A DNA stretch of 64,000 bases from Dehalococcoidia bacterium (GCA_963665775.2 CAXXTF010000002.1:1312001-1376000); one strand, 5' to 3'. Positions 19,151-30,067 are shown, counted from the first letter of the stretch. Notes: a model not told the origin generated them from the sequence alone. Numbers and translations are program-made.

Positions 19151-19441
19151 TTGCCCTTATCCCGCGAAGAGGTCCAGCATATCGCCCAACTCGCCCGCGT
19201 CGGCCTTGACGAGGACGAGACCGCCCGCTTCCGCGACCACCTTTCCCAGATCCTGGACTACTTCGAGCGCCTGCACCAGGTAGACACCGAAGGCGTCCCC
19301 CCCACCGCCCACACACTGCCCCTCCAGAACGTCGTGCGGGCCGACGAGCCACAACCATCGCACGACAAGGAGGAGGTGCTGGCCAACGCCCCCCGCCGCG
19401 AGGAGGACCTCTTCCGCGTGGAGGCGATCCTGGAAGAATAG
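19151..19441 (+). CDS. gatC: Glu/Asp-tRNA amidotransferase subunit C
   Basis: LSREEVQHIAQLARV...LANAP; AGGAGG RBS, TTG start; precedes gatA. Confidence 0.93.
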   Translation: MPLSREEVQHIAQLARVGLDEDETARFRDHLSQILDYFERLHQVDTEGVPPTAHTLPLQNVVRADEPQPSHDKEEVLANAPRREEDLFRVEAILEE

Positions 19442-19462
19442 GATTGACCACATCCATCTGTC

Positions 19463-20941
19463 ATGCCTGACCCCCTCTACAGCCTGACCCTCCAGGAGGC
19501 CGCCAACCTCCTGCGCCGCCGCGAACTCTCCTCCCTCGAACTGACCCAGGACGCCTTTCAGCGCATCCGCCAGACGGACGAACGCATCCACGCCTTCCTC
19601 ACCGTTACCGAGGAGCTGGCTACGGAGCAGGCCCGCCAGGCCGACGAGCGCATCGCCCGCGGGGAAGGCGGCCCGCTCACCGGCATCCCCGCCGCTATCA
19701 AGGACCTGATCTGCACCAGGGGCGTCCGCACCACCTGCGGCTCCCGCATCCTGGAGAACTTCGTTCCCCCTTACGATGCCACCGTCGTCCGGCAGCTCCA
19801 AGAGGCCGGCCTCGTCATGGTGGGCAAGACCAACATGGACGAGTTCGCCATGGGCTCCTCCGGCGAGAACTCCGCCTTCGGACCTACCCATAACCCCTGG
19901 GCCCTGGACCGGGCCCCCGGCGGCTCCTCCTCCGGCTCGGCCGCTGCCGTCGCCGCCGGCATGGCCTTCTACGCCCTCGGCTCCGATACCGGGGGCAGCG
20001 TGCGTCTGCCCGCCAGCTTTTGCGGGGTCGTAGGCCTCAAGCCCACCTACGGCCGCGTCTCCCGTTACGGCCTGGTTGCCTTCGCCTCCTCCCTGGACCA
20101 GATCGGCCCCTTCACTCGCTCCGTCCGCGACGCCGCCCTCGTCTTCCAGGGGATCGCCGGCCACGATCCCCACGACTCCAACTCCGCCCCCCTGGACGCC
20201 CCGGACCTGACCGAGGCCCTCGTGCCCGACCTGCGGGGCACCCGCGTCGGCGTCCCACGGGAGTACTTCGTGGAGGGGATGGACCCCGCCGTCCGTGAGG
20301 CCGTGGAGGCCGCCGTCAACCAGATGGGAGCCCTGGGCGCCGAGATTGACTGGGAGGTCTCCCTGCCCTCCACTCCTCACGCCCTGGCCGTCTACTACAT
20401 CATCGCTCCCTCCGAAGCCTCCGCCAACCTGGCCCGCTACGACGGCGTCAAGTACGGCTACTCCTATATCGAGGGCGATAGCATGTGGGAGAACATGGAG
20501 AAGACCCGCCAGCTGGGCTTCGGCGACGAGGTGAAGCGCCGGATCATGCTGGGCACCTACGCCCTCTCCGCCGGCTACTACGACGCCTACTACCTGAAGG
20601 CCCAGAAAGTGCGCACCCTCATCCGGCGCGAGTTCGACGCCGCCTTTCAGACCCACGATGTCCTGGTCACCCCCGTCTCGCCCACGCCCGCCTTCAAGCT
20701 CGGTGAGAACATCGACGACCCCCTCCAGATGTATCTAGGCGATGTGTGCACCATACCCGTCAACATCGCCGGTCTGCCCGGCATCTCGGTCCCCTGCGGC
20801 TTCAGTGAGGCCGCCGACGGCGCCCGTCTCCCCATCGGCGTCCAGATCCTGGCCAAGCCGTTCGACGAAGCCGCCCTCTTCCGCGTCGCTCACGCCTACG
20901 AGCAGGCGACGGACTGGCACACGGCGCGGCCGCCGCTCTAG
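19463..20941 (+). CDS. gatA: Glu/Asp-tRNA amidotransferase subunit A
   Basis: [52 protein letters not shown]. Confidence 0.96.
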   Translation: MPDPLYSLTLQEAANLLRRRELSSLELTQDAFQRIRQTDERIHAFLTVTEELATEQARQADERIARGEGGPLTGIPAAIKDLICTRGVRTTCGSRILENFVPPYDATVVRQLQEAGLVMVGKTNMDEFAMGSSGENSAFGPTHNPWALDRAPGGSSSGSAAAVAAGMAFYALGSDTGGSVRLPASFCGVVGLKPTYGRVSRYGLVAFASSLDQIGPFTRSVRDAALVFQGIAGHDPHDSNSAPLDAPDLTEALVPDLRGTRVGVPREYFVEGMDPAVREAVEAAVNQMGALGAEIDWEVSLPSTPHALAVYYIIAPSEASANLARYDGVKYGYSYIEGDSMWENMEKTRQLGFGDEVKRRIMLGTYALSAGYYDAYYLKAQKVRTLIRREFDAAFQTHDVLVTPVSPTPAFKLGENIDDPLQMYLGDVCTIPVNIAGLPGISVPCGFSEAADGARLPIGVQILAKPFDEAALFRVAHAYEQATDWHTARPPL

Positions 20942-21040
20942 GCGCCCTCCGGCACCGGTAATCGCTACGCCCTACGAACCTGGTGACATTAAATTAGGCC
21001 TCTGTTACCATTCCCCTATCCCCCCAGCAGACGGACGCAC

Positions 21041-22237
21041 TTGGAAGGAACCAGGTTGACCGAAGGCCCCCGTACCAGCCAAAGAGATCGGTACTCCCGG
21101 AAGGTCCAGGCTATCCCCTCTTCCGGCATCCGCCGCTTCTTCGAGCTCACGGCCAACATGGACGACGTCATCTCCCTGGGCGTGGGCGAGCCCGACTTCG
21201 TGACGCCGGAGCGCTTCTCGGCCGCCGCCTTCGACGCCGTCCGCCGGGGCGACACCCACTACACCTCCAACTACGGCCTCCCGGAGCTGCGCGAGGCGAT
21301 CGCTGACCATCTGGAACGGCTCTACGGCGTCCGCTACGACCCTGCCAGGGAGATCGTCGTCACCGTCGGCGTCTCCGAGGGCCTCCTGCTGGCCACACAC
21401 GCCCTCCTGGACCCCGGCGACGAGCTCCTCTCCCCTGACCCCTACTACGTCGCCTATCTGCCCGCCTGCATCCTCGCCGGCGGCACCTTCGTCCCCGTTC
21501 CCACCTCCATGGAGCACGGCTTTCGCGTCTCCGCCCAGGAGCTGGAGGCGAAGATCACGGATCGCACGAGAGCGATCCTCCTGGGCTACCCCGCCAACCC
21601 CACCGGCGCCCAGATGACCCGCGAAGAGCTGGCCGAGATAGCCGACCTCGCCGCCCGGCGCGACCTCGTCGTCATCTCCGACGAGATCTACGACCGCCTC
21701 TCCTACGGAATCGATCACACCTGCTTCGCCTCCCTGCCCGGCATGCGCGAGCGCACCGTCCTCCTGGGCGGCCTCTCCAAGGCCTACGCGATGACCGGCT
21801 GGCGGGTGGGCTGGGTGTGCGCCCCCACCGACATCCTGGAAGCGATGATGAAGATCCACCAGTACATCATCATGTCGGCGCCCACCCCCTCCCAGTTCGC
21901 CGCCCTGGAGGCGCTCCGCCACGGCGAGGAGGACGCCCAGCGCTTCCTGGCCGAATTCGACGCCCGCCGCCGGCTCATCGTCCCCGGCCTCAACGATATC
22001 GGCCTCACTACGTCCGAGCCCAAGGGGGCTTTCTACGCCTTCCCGTCCATCCGCTCAACCGGCCTCAACGAAATTGAGTTCGCCGAGCGGCTCCTTAAGG
22101 AGGCGAGGGTGGCGGTCATCCCCGGCTCCGCCTTCGGCGAATGCGGTCGCGGCCACGTCCGCGTCTGCTATACCGCCCCCCGGCCGCTGCTGGAAGAGGC
22201 GCTGGAGCGCATCCGCCGGTTCGTGGCCGGACTCTAG
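21041..22237 (+). CDS. Class I/II PLP-dependent aminotransferase
   Basis: SLGVGEPDF, NPTG, SDEIY, SKAYAMTGWRVG. Confidence 0.92.
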   Translation: MEGTRLTEGPRTSQRDRYSRKVQAIPSSGIRRFFELTANMDDVISLGVGEPDFVTPERFSAAAFDAVRRGDTHYTSNYGLPELREAIADHLERLYGVRYDPAREIVVTVGVSEGLLLATHALLDPGDELLSPDPYYVAYLPACILAGGTFVPVPTSMEHGFRVSAQELEAKITDRTRAILLGYPANPTGAQMTREELAEIADLAARRDLVVISDEIYDRLSYGIDHTCFASLPGMRERTVLLGGLSKAYAMTGWRVGWVCAPTDILEAMMKIHQYIIMSAPTPSQFAALEALRHGEEDAQRFLAEFDARRRLIVPGLNDIGLTTSEPKGAFYAFPSIRSTGLNEIEFAERLLKEARVAVIPGSAFGECGRGHVRVCYTAPRPLLEEALERIRRFVAGL

Positions 22238-22244
22238 CCCTTAG

Positions 22245-23948
22245 CCCGAATCCACCGAAGGACACGGATGGACGGCGTGAGGACAGCGGAAGGGGGTGGG
22301 TGAGGGAGCTACAGGGGAGATGGCCTGGGGTCTTGGGGTAGATGGGAGGCCGGCGGACGGTCTTCAGTCGCCGCACAGGGCCCCTAAGGCCCTATGCGGG
22401 AGTTGCGATGCGCGGGATGACGAGAGGATACGCAGCAGGGGACTCTCGCGACCGGGGTGGCGCGAGATTGCGGGGACGTTGGGTCAGTTGCAGGCTGGCC
22501 GTCAGGCCGGGAATGGAATGGCTTGCAGCCGGGCCAAGGCGCGACTGAACTGGGTTTCCCAAGGCCAGCGCCGGGGGAGATGCAAAGTGAGGCGGCGCGC
22601 CGAGCGGGTGATCCGTCCCACCAGAGCGAAGACCCGCCGCCTGAGGGTCTTGGTGGTCACGATCTGCTGACCCAGGCCGATGCGGGCTGTCCAGCGGGCC
22701 AGGTTATGCGCCATCACCTGGACCGCCAGCCAGGCGCCGTTGGCGGCGAAGCGCCCCGACGGCATGTGGTTCAGCCCGACGCCGTACTTGAGGTCGCGTA
22801 TGGCGTTCTCGACCTCGGCGTGGCGGCGATGATCGGCCTCCAGTTCCAGCGTCTCCCCATCGCGGTCGGTGATGAAGGCGTGATAGCTGTATCTGGCGAA
22901 GAGGGCGAGCTGGGAACCGGGCGTCGGCTTCACCCGCCGGACAATGAGCCGCACCGGCGCGGCGTCCGGCTTGGTCTGGAACGGGGTGTAAGTCGTCTCG
23001 GCGACATCGGCGGCGCCGTCCATCCAGTAGGGAATGGGAGTCCAGTCCTCCTCTGGTATCGCCTCGATCAGGTCCCGCAGGCTGGCGCGCTGGCGGATGG
23101 TGATAGAGAAGCGGACATCCATTTCCCGGCAGGCGGCAACGACAGTGTGGGCGTAGAAGCCGCTGTCGGCCCGCACCGTGAGTTGTCCCCTGGCCCCGCC
23201 GTAGCGCACCCGCCCCACCGTCTCACGCAGGAAGTGGGCGGCGCCACGGGCGGTGTTGGCCCGGCCCTCGCGCAGCCGGGACATCAGCACCTCGCCGGTG
23301 CCGGCGGCAATGGCCAGCAGCGGGTGATAGCCGCGGGCGCCGGTATAGCCGTGGTGGCGCGCTCCCTCCTTGGCCAGTCCATAGGTCTCGCAGATGGTCG
23401 AGTCCAGGTCGATGGTCAGGGGCGAGTCGCCGGGTCCGGCCCCAGCGGCCCAGGCCCGGGCCAACAACTGGCGGCTCACGCGGTCGAGTTGACGGACATG
23501 CCCCCACCGGAAGCTGCGCAGGAAGGTCCCCAGGGTGGATGGCGCCTTGACCACGCAGCCTAGAACACCGACCGTCCCACCAGCGCGCAGCGCATCGGCG
23601 TCGTCGATGCAGTCGCCGCCTGCCAGCGCGGAAGCGACCAGCGTCAGCATCTTGTCCCCAGTGTTCGCCCGTCCCGGCGCTCCGCCGAGGTCAAGGTGAT
23701 GGTCGACGAGTTCCCGCAGGCCCAGGTGCCGGGCTAGGGTGGCTGGCAGGAGCAGGCCGGCATTGGCCACCAGGCGATGGTCGTCAAAGAGGATGCGGAT
23801 ACGGTCGGGTTTGTTCTGTGGCAGCATCTATTGGGTGCTCCTTATTTCCGGGCTGGTTTCTGTTCCAAAACCATTATCCCAGATTCAGAGGAGCACCCGA
23901 TGGCTTCTTCAAGGACTGTCCCCAAGGCCGTCCTTCGGTGGATTCGGG
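22245..23948 (-). mobile_element. IS1380-family insertion sequence, 1704 bp
   Basis: Perfect 19-bp terminal IR CCCGAATCCACCGAAGGAC (22245-22263 and 23930-23948); 5-bp direct repeat CTTAG at 22240-22244 and 23949-23953. Confidence 0.93.
22502..23827 (-). CDS. IS1380-family DDE transposase
   Basis: LTIDLDST, GYHPLLA, LREGRAN, RADSGFY, HRRHAEVENAIRDLK. Confidence 0.92.
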   Translation of the reverse strand: MLPQNKPDRIRILFDDHRLVANAGLLLPATLARHLGLRELVDHHLDLGGAPGRANTGDKMLTLVASALAGGDCIDDADALRAGGTVGVLGCVVKAPSTLGTFLRSFRWGHVRQLDRVSRQLLARAWAAGAGPGDSPLTIDLDSTICETYGLAKEGARHHGYTGARGYHPLLAIAAGTGEVLMSRLREGRANTARGAAHFLRETVGRVRYGGARGQLTVRADSGFYAHTVVAACREMDVRFSITIRQRASLRDLIEAIPEEDWTPIPYWMDGAADVAETTYTPFQTKPDAAPVRLIVRRVKPTPGSQLALFARYSYHAFITDRDGETLELEADHRRHAEVENAIRDLKYGVGLNHMPSGRFAANGAWLAVQVMAHNLARWTARIGLGQQIVTTKTLRRRVFALVGRITRSARRLTLHLPRRWPWETQFSRALARLQAIPFPA

Positions 23949-24020
23949 CTTAGGGAACCCGCGGACTCCTAACGTTTCACCTGCGCCGGGTCACAGCCTC
24001 GCCTAGCGCCGGGGCATCTC

Positions 24021-24818
24021 CTACCTCCGTCCGAGGTATTCCCTCACGGCAGCGGGTGCCCCCGACACCACCCCCCGGCTGCGGAGGCTCGGCGGGCCGC
24101 CATCCTCATCGACCACGAGGCCACCGCCCTCGCCGGCCAGAACGATCCCCGCAGCCACGTCCCAAGGGTACAGGAAACGGTGCACGAACAGGTCGTAGCG
24201 GCCGCAGGCGGCGTAGGCCAGCCCCAGGGCGGCGCTCCCCATTATCCGCACGCTCTGCACCCCGGGCCAGAGCCCGCCCAGCACCGCGATGAGCCGCGCC
24301 GCCCGCTCGTCATCGTAGCCCAGGTCCATCCCCAGAACCGACTGCTTGAGGGAAGGGCTGCTCGATGCCTGCGCCGGCTCTCCGTTCACGGTGAGACCGC
24401 TGCCCGTCTGGGCGAAGAAGACGTCGCCTGTGGCCGGCGCGTAGGTCAGCCCCAGCACCGGCTCCCCGTCACGACAGAGGGCGATGTTGAAGGCGAAGTA
24501 GGGGATCCCCTGCGTGAAATTGTGGGTCCCGTCCAGGGGGTCCACCACCCACAGCCATCCTTCCTCCGTAGAACCATCGTTCGCGGCCTCCTCGGAGAGG
24601 ATGGCGTGCTGCGGGTACTCATCGCGCAGCAGCCCCAGGACGGCACGCTCGGCGGCCAGGTCGGCGTCGGTGACGAAGTTGCCGCGGCCCTTGGCCACAG
24701 CCACCATCCGCTCGTGCCGTCCGAAGTGGGCCATGATAATCCGACCCGCCTCCTGGGCGCACAGCCGGGCCACTTCCTCGGCGCTCTTGCCGCTGGCCGA
24801 GGCGGGGAGTTCAACCAT
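24021..24818 (-). CDS. Inositol monophosphatase family protein
   Basis: VTDAD, SEE, WVVDPLDGTHNF, PWDVAAG; start moved to ATG 24818. Confidence 0.9.
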   Translation of the reverse strand: MVELPASASGKSAEEVARLCAQEAGRIIMAHFGRHERMVAVAKGRGNFVTDADLAAERAVLGLLRDEYPQHAILSEEAANDGSTEEGWLWVVDPLDGTHNFTQGIPYFAFNIALCRDGEPVLGLTYAPATGDVFFAQTGSGLTVNGEPAQASSSPSLKQSVLGMDLGYDDERAARLIAVLGGLWPGVQSVRIMGSAALGLAYAACGRYDLFVHRFLYPWDVAAGIVLAGEGGGLVVDEDGGPPSLRSRGVVSGAPAAVREYLGRR

Positions 24819-24826
24819 CGGCTCGC

Positions 24827-26488
24827 CTACATCCGCTCCGGGGCGGTCATCCCCATCAGCCCCAGGGCGCGGGCCAGCACCTGCTTGGCCGCCGCCACCA
24901 GCTTCAGCCGTGCCTTGGACAGCGGCAACGGCACCTCGTCGGACACCACGCGGCACCTCTCGTAGAAGTCGTGGAAGGCCGTAGCCAGCTCCACGGCGTA
25001 GTACGGCAGCTGGTGTGGCTCCAGGCTGACGGCGATGGATTCCACCAGCTCCGGCAAGAAGAGCATCTTGCGGACCAGCGCCAGCTCCGCCTCGTGGGTC
25101 AGCAGCGACACGTCGCCATCCGCGTAGTCGCCGATCCGCTCGGCGTGGGAGAGGATGCCGGCGATGCGGGCGTGGGCGTACTGCACGTAGTAGACGGGAT
25201 TCTCGGCGCCCTGACGCTTGGCCAGCTCCAGATCGAACTCGATGTGGGAGGCCGCGGCCCGCCCCACGAAGTTGAAGCGAGCGGCATCGGCCCCCACCTC
25301 CTCGATGACATCCCTGAGGGTAATGATCTCGCCTGCCCGCTTGGAGAGGCGAACCACCTCGGCGCCGCGCTTCAAGGTTACTAGCTGGTAGATGATGATC
25401 GTCAGCCGCTCCGAGTCGACGCCCAGGGCCGACGCCGCCGCCTTCATCCGCGGCACGTGCCCCTGATGGTCGGCGCCCCAGACGTTAATGACCCGATCGA
25501 AGCCCCGCCGCAGGAACTTGTCGTAGTGATAGGCGAGATCCGAGGCGAAGTAGGTCGGCGCGCCCGAGGAGCGGACCAGGACGTTGTCCTTCTCGTCCCC
25601 CAGGGCGGAGGAGACGAACCAAACGGCGCCTTCCCGCTCCACCACGTAACCGCGCTCCCTGACAAGGGCCAGCGCCTCCTCATACGTGCCGGACGTGTAC
25701 AGGGCCTGCTCGGAGAACCAGTTGTCGTAGTGGACGCCGACGGCCGCCAGATCCTCCTTGATAACGCCCAGCATCTTCGCCACACCCAGGTCGTGCAGCT
25801 CCTGCGGGTAGGGCTCTCCCGGCGGCCGCAACAGGGAATCGCCGTGCTCCGCCAGCAGCTCCTGGGCCAGCTTGAGCATGTACTCTCCGGGGTAGCCACC
25901 CTCCGGCAGCTCCACCTCTCGCCCCAGCAGCTGCTGGTAGTGGGCGTACAGGGTGGCCGCGAAGATCTGTGTTTGAGTCCCAGCATCGTTCACCAGGTAC
26001 TCCCGTTGGACATCGTAGCCGGCGGCGGCCAGCACCCTGGCCAGAGTGTCGCCCAGGGCCAGGCCACGGCCGTTGCCCACGTGCAGCGGCCCCACCGGGT
26101 TCGCCGACACGTACTCTACCTGCACCCGACGACCCTGACCCAGCGGCACATCGCCGAAGGCCGGGCCCTGCTGGAGAATAGCGTTCACCTGCGCCACCAG
26201 CCAGGCCTCCGAGAGGTGGAAGTTTATGAACCCTGGCGCAACAACCTCAACCAACGACAGCTCATCCCCGCCCTTTATATGCCGACCAATTGCACTGGCA
26301 ATATCCATAGGGTTCATGCGGGCAGAGCGGGCTATGCGCAGCGCAAGGCTGCAAGCGTAGTCGCCGTGCAGCGGCGACTGCGGCCGCTCAACAGCCACCG
26401 CCGGCACCGGAACGGCCGGCACCTCCCCAGCCTCTTGCGCCCGCCGGACGGCCCCCGCTATGAGGTTCTCGATGTCGTCTCTGATCAC
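24827..26488 (-). CDS. argS: Arginine--tRNA ligase
   Basis: VEYVSANPVGPLHVGNGR, WGADH, LSKRAG, NPVYYVQYAHAR; GTG start chosen. Confidence 0.96.
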   Translation of the reverse strand: MIRDDIENLIAGAVRRAQEAGEVPAVPVPAVAVERPQSPLHGDYACSLALRIARSARMNPMDIASAIGRHIKGGDELSLVEVVAPGFINFHLSEAWLVAQVNAILQQGPAFGDVPLGQGRRVQVEYVSANPVGPLHVGNGRGLALGDTLARVLAAAGYDVQREYLVNDAGTQTQIFAATLYAHYQQLLGREVELPEGGYPGEYMLKLAQELLAEHGDSLLRPPGEPYPQELHDLGVAKMLGVIKEDLAAVGVHYDNWFSEQALYTSGTYEEALALVRERGYVVEREGAVWFVSSALGDEKDNVLVRSSGAPTYFASDLAYHYDKFLRRGFDRVINVWGADHQGHVPRMKAAASALGVDSERLTIIIYQLVTLKRGAEVVRLSKRAGEIITLRDVIEEVGADAARFNFVGRAAASHIEFDLELAKRQGAENPVYYVQYAHARIAGILSHAERIGDYADGDVSLLTHEAELALVRKMLFLPELVESIAVSLEPHQLPYYAVELATAFHDFYERCRVVSDEVPLPLSKARLKLVAAAKQVLARALGLMGMTAPERM

Positions 26489-26568
26489 AGCCTGTCCAAA
26501 GCTTCCCCCGCCCCACCTACCGGAGCGGCACATAACAGTCCGATTCTAGCCCAGATGCAGAACAAGCG

Positions 26569-29127
26569 CTATGACGCCTCCGCCGATACGCGGCCCCACA
26601 GCTCGTCCACCCGCGACCGCAGCCCTGCATGCTCCGGCCTTCGCAGCTCCGGGTCAGCCGCCAGCAAGCCGGTCGCCTCGTCCCGCGCCTGCTCGATCAA
26701 TGCCACATCCGTTAGCCTGGCCACCTTCAGGTCGGGCAGGCCGGACTGCCTCGTCCCGAAGTATTCCCCTGGCCCACGGATACGCAGATCCTCCTCGGCC
26801 AGCGTAAACCCATCGTCCACCGTCTCCATGATTCGTAGTCGCTCCCGCACCTCCGGCGACTGCCCCTCTGAGAGCAGCAGGCAGAAAGCCTGCTCCCTGC
26901 TGCGCCGCACCCGCCCCCGGAACTGGTGCAGCTGGGCCAGGCCGAAGCGGTCCGCCCCCTCCACCAGCATCACGGTGGCGTTCGGCACGTCAATCCCCAC
27001 CTCCACCACCGCTGTGGCGACGAGGATATCCAGATCCCCATCCCGGAACGCCCGCATCGCGGCGTCCTTCTCGGCCGGTGTAACCCGTCCGTGTACCAGA
27101 CCCAGGCGCAGCTCCGGAAACACCTCCCGGGACAGCCGCTCGTACTCCTGGACAGCGGCCCTGGCCGCCACCGCATCCGACTCCTCCACCAGGGGGCAGA
27201 TGACGTACGCCTGCCGGCCCTCCTTCACCTTCCGGCGCACGAAGTCGTAGGCCTGTACCCTCTCCTCGGAGCGCAGACGATGGGTCTTCACCGGCGGCCG
27301 CCCCGGGGGCATCTCGTCGAGGACAGTGATATCCAGGTCTCCATACACAGTGAGGGCCAGCGTCCGCGGTATGGGCGTGGCCGTCATCACCAGCATATGG
27401 GGACTTAGCCCCTTCTCGCGCAGGGCCGCCCTCTGCGCCACGCCAAAACGATGCTGCTCGTCCACCACGATCAGCCCCAGCCGGGGGAACTCCACCCCTT
27501 CCTGGATCAGAGCGTGCGTGCCGATGGCTATGTCCACCTCGCCGCCGGCGATGGCGTCCTGAGCGGCAGTCCTCTCGGCGGCCTTGAGGCTGCCCGTCAG
27601 AAGCGCCATCCGCAGCGGCCGTTCCATATAGGGCACGTTAAGGGCGACAAACCCGGGGCCTGCGGCCTCAAACCACAACCCACTGCCCCCTCCCCTCGTG
27701 GTATCCGGCTCCAGCAGGAGGTTGAACGTCCTGAAGTGCTGTTCAGCGAGAATCTCCGTGGGGGCCATGATCGCCCCCTGGTAGCCGCTGGCCACGGCCG
27801 CCAGTAGAGCCGCCACCGCCACCACCGTCTTGCCGCTGCCCACGTCCCCCTCCAGCAGGCGGCCCATGGGCACATCGCGCCCCATGTCCGACAGGACACC
27901 GCCGATCGCCCGCTTCTGGGCGCCCGTCAGCTGAAAGGGAAGCGCCCGCGAAAAGCCATCGTGGGCCGCCGCCGGCAGGGCCAACGTGGGCGCCCCGCCT
28001 GCGGCCTGCCACTCTCGGCGCCGGCGCACGACCCCCAGCTGTATGTACAGCAGCTCCTCCAGGGCGAAGCGCCGCCGGGCCGCCTCTGCCTCCTCCGTGG
28101 AGCTAGGGAAGTGCATCTGTCTCAGGGCGGCAGCCACTGGCGGCAGACGCAACCGACGCCGGAATGGCTCCGGCAGCGGCTCCGCCACCTCCCCAGCCAA
28201 GGCGTCGATCGCTTCCCGCGCCAGCCGCCGGACCAGCCGTTGCGGCAACCCCTCCGTGCCCGGGTATACGGGCACCAGACGCCGCGTATGCAACGACTCA
28301 TCGTCCAGCGGCTCGAACTCCGGGTTCTCCATCTGCGGCCGGCCGCGAAAGACGGTCACCCGCCCGCTAAAGGCCACCTGTTCACCCTCCCGCAGGCGTC
28401 GGGCCACGTGCGTCTGTCCCCACCAGATCACCCTCAGCGTCCCCGTGTCGTCGCCCACGATCGCCTCCGTAGCCTTACGCCGCCCGATCACGGTCGCGCC
28501 CGCGGACCAGACGTTCCCCAGGACAGTCTGCTCACCGCCCACCGCCAGCTCGGCGATGGGCCGCACCTGCGAGTAGTCGTGGTAGCGGGAAGGGAACAGG
28601 AATAGGAGATCATTGAGCGTCTCCACGCCGAGCTTCCTGAACTTCGCGTCGTAACTGCGGCTTACCCCCTTGAGCGCGCTCAACGGCGAGTCCAGAGTGG
28701 CGATGATCCGACCCGCTGGAGGTTTCGCGGCGCGCCCAGCCGAGGGGGCCGGGGAAGGCGTCCTGGCCGCCGCCGCCGGTTTGGGGCGCGGGGGCTCCGG
28801 CCCGCCTTCCGCCACCACCGTGGGGCGCGGGGGCTCCGGCCCGCCTTCCGCCACCGCCGTGGGGCGCGGGGGCTCCGGCCCGCCTTCCGCCACCGCTTTC
28901 AGTAGCTCCTCCAATACCCGTCGCCGCTGCACTGGGTGAAGCACCCGATAGCCTCCGGGCGGCAAGGACCGTAGCACCTGAGAGAAGCGGTGAGTAGGAG
29001 GGAATCCCATCTCCTGAAGGGAGCGCAGCAGGTAGGCGTCCAGGCCGCCGATGACAGCCGTGTCGGCGAACCGCCGCCCCTTCTCCAGGGCCAGAACCTT
29101 GCGCAGCCGATCTACTGCCCCGGCCAA
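26569..29127 (-). CDS. recG: ATP-dependent DNA helicase RecG
   Basis: GDVGSGKT, MAPTEILAEQH, DEQHRFG, TATPIPRT, QLHQFRGRV, RGPGEYFGTRQSG. Confidence 0.96.
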   Translation of the reverse strand: MAGAVDRLRKVLALEKGRRFADTAVIGGLDAYLLRSLQEMGFPPTHRFSQVLRSLPPGGYRVLHPVQRRRVLEELLKAVAEGGPEPPRPTAVAEGGPEPPRPTVVAEGGPEPPRPKPAAAARTPSPAPSAGRAAKPPAGRIIATLDSPLSALKGVSRSYDAKFRKLGVETLNDLLFLFPSRYHDYSQVRPIAELAVGGEQTVLGNVWSAGATVIGRRKATEAIVGDDTGTLRVIWWGQTHVARRLREGEQVAFSGRVTVFRGRPQMENPEFEPLDDESLHTRRLVPVYPGTEGLPQRLVRRLAREAIDALAGEVAEPLPEPFRRRLRLPPVAAALRQMHFPSSTEEAEAARRRFALEELLYIQLGVVRRRREWQAAGGAPTLALPAAAHDGFSRALPFQLTGAQKRAIGGVLSDMGRDVPMGRLLEGDVGSGKTVVAVAALLAAVASGYQGAIMAPTEILAEQHFRTFNLLLEPDTTRGGGSGLWFEAAGPGFVALNVPYMERPLRMALLTGSLKAAERTAAQDAIAGGEVDIAIGTHALIQEGVEFPRLGLIVVDEQHRFGVAQRAALREKGLSPHMLVMTATPIPRTLALTVYGDLDITVLDEMPPGRPPVKTHRLRSEERVQAYDFVRRKVKEGRQAYVICPLVEESDAVAARAAVQEYERLSREVFPELRLGLVHGRVTPAEKDAAMRAFRDGDLDILVATAVVEVGIDVPNATVMLVEGADRFGLAQLHQFRGRVRRSREQAFCLLLSEGQSPEVRERLRIMETVDDGFTLAEEDLRIRGPGEYFGTRQSGLPDLKVARLTDVALIEQARDEATGLLAADPELRRPEHAGLRSRVDELWGRVSAEAS
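28782..28896. repeat. In-frame 39-bp tandem repeat, about 3 copies, in recG N-terminal linker
   Basis: TGGGGCGCGGGGGCTCCGGCCCGCCTTCCGCCACC(A/G)CCG units; encodes (A/V)VAEGGPEPPRP(T/K). Confidence 0.93.
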
Positions 29128-29131
29128 GTGG

Positions 29132-29977
29132 CTATTCTTCCCCCTCTAGCAGGACGATCCCCAGCACTCCCGGCCCGCAATGGGCGCCGATGACTGGTCC
29201 TACACGCGTCGTCTGGATGTCGGCGGCGGGGAACGCCTCGGCCAGCCTACGCCGCATCTCCCCCGCTTCCTCCGGGTTGGTGGAGTAGCCGACGGCCAGC
29301 TCCTGGAGCCCGGTGTAAGACGAGGCGATCTGAAGGACCTTGTCCAGGGCGCGGGCCCGCGTACGTAGCCGCTCCTCCGGGTGCACCTCCCCGTCGCGAA
29401 CAGAGAGGATCGGTTTCACCCCCAACACCGTCCCCAGGAAGGCTCCGGCCCGCCCTATCCTGCCCCCTCGGCGCACGTACTCCAGGGTGTCCAGAACGAC
29501 GAAGATGTGTACCCGCGGGATGAGCCGCTCCACCACCTGCCCGACCTCCTCCAGGCTGGCCCCTCCCTTGGCCGCTCGCGCTGCCGCGGCGGCCACGTAA
29601 GTCATACCGAAAGTGACCAACCGGGAGTCGATCACCTCGACACGGGCGCCGCGCTCCGCCAGGATCTGGGCCGCCTGGCAGGCGTTGCTGTATGTGGCCG
29701 ACAGCTTGGACGAGAGGTGGATGGAAACGATCTCCTCGGCCTCGGCCAGCAGTGGCTCATACACCGCCAAGAAGTCGCCCACAGAAGGGGCGGAGGTTGT
29801 GGGCAGCTCTTTGCTGCGAACCAGCTTTTCGTAGAACTGGTCGTGACTGATATCAACCCCTTCCCGGTACCCCTCGTCACCGAATATCACACTCAGGGGG
29901 ACGACGGAGATGTTCAGCTCCTCGGCTAGGGGAAGAGGCAGATCAGCGGTGCTGTCGGTGACAATACGAACGGCCAA
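29132..29977 (-). CDS. DegV/FakB family fatty-acid-binding protein
   Basis: IVTDSTADL, PTTSAPS, SSKLSAT, GGRIG, GAHCGPG. Confidence 0.92.
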   Translation of the reverse strand: MAVRIVTDSTADLPLPLAEELNISVVPLSVIFGDEGYREGVDISHDQFYEKLVRSKELPTTSAPSVGDFLAVYEPLLAEAEEIVSIHLSSKLSATYSNACQAAQILAERGARVEVIDSRLVTFGMTYVAAAAARAAKGGASLEEVGQVVERLIPRVHIFVVLDTLEYVRRGGRIGRAGAFLGTVLGVKPILSVRDGEVHPEERLRTRARALDKVLQIASSYTGLQELAVGYSTNPEEAGEMRRRLAEAFPAADIQTTRVGPVIGAHCGPGVLGIVLLEGEE

Positions 29978-30067
29978 GGCAGCCTCCTATGGACGTAGTA
30001 TAGCAGCCGGGAGGCAGACCAGGGAGCATATAGTGCCTGGAAGCCAGCCTACCTACAAACCGATGCC

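Noticed and set aside
19151-20941. gatCA without adjacent gatB; argF, menG and menI also missing from their clusters
   Set aside because: Split operons are common; absence from one window is uninformative
7509-27250. Long antisense ORFs (for example 7509-8465, 9026-10111, 12158-13396, 19157-20656, 22457-23563, 25457-27250)
   Set aside because: Shadow ORFs typical of high-GC DNA, lying opposite well-supported genes, with no recognisable motifs
5530-28896. CRISPR array interpretation of the short repeats (23, 39 and 177 bp)
   Set aside because: Tandem units inside coding regions without unique spacers; no cas genes
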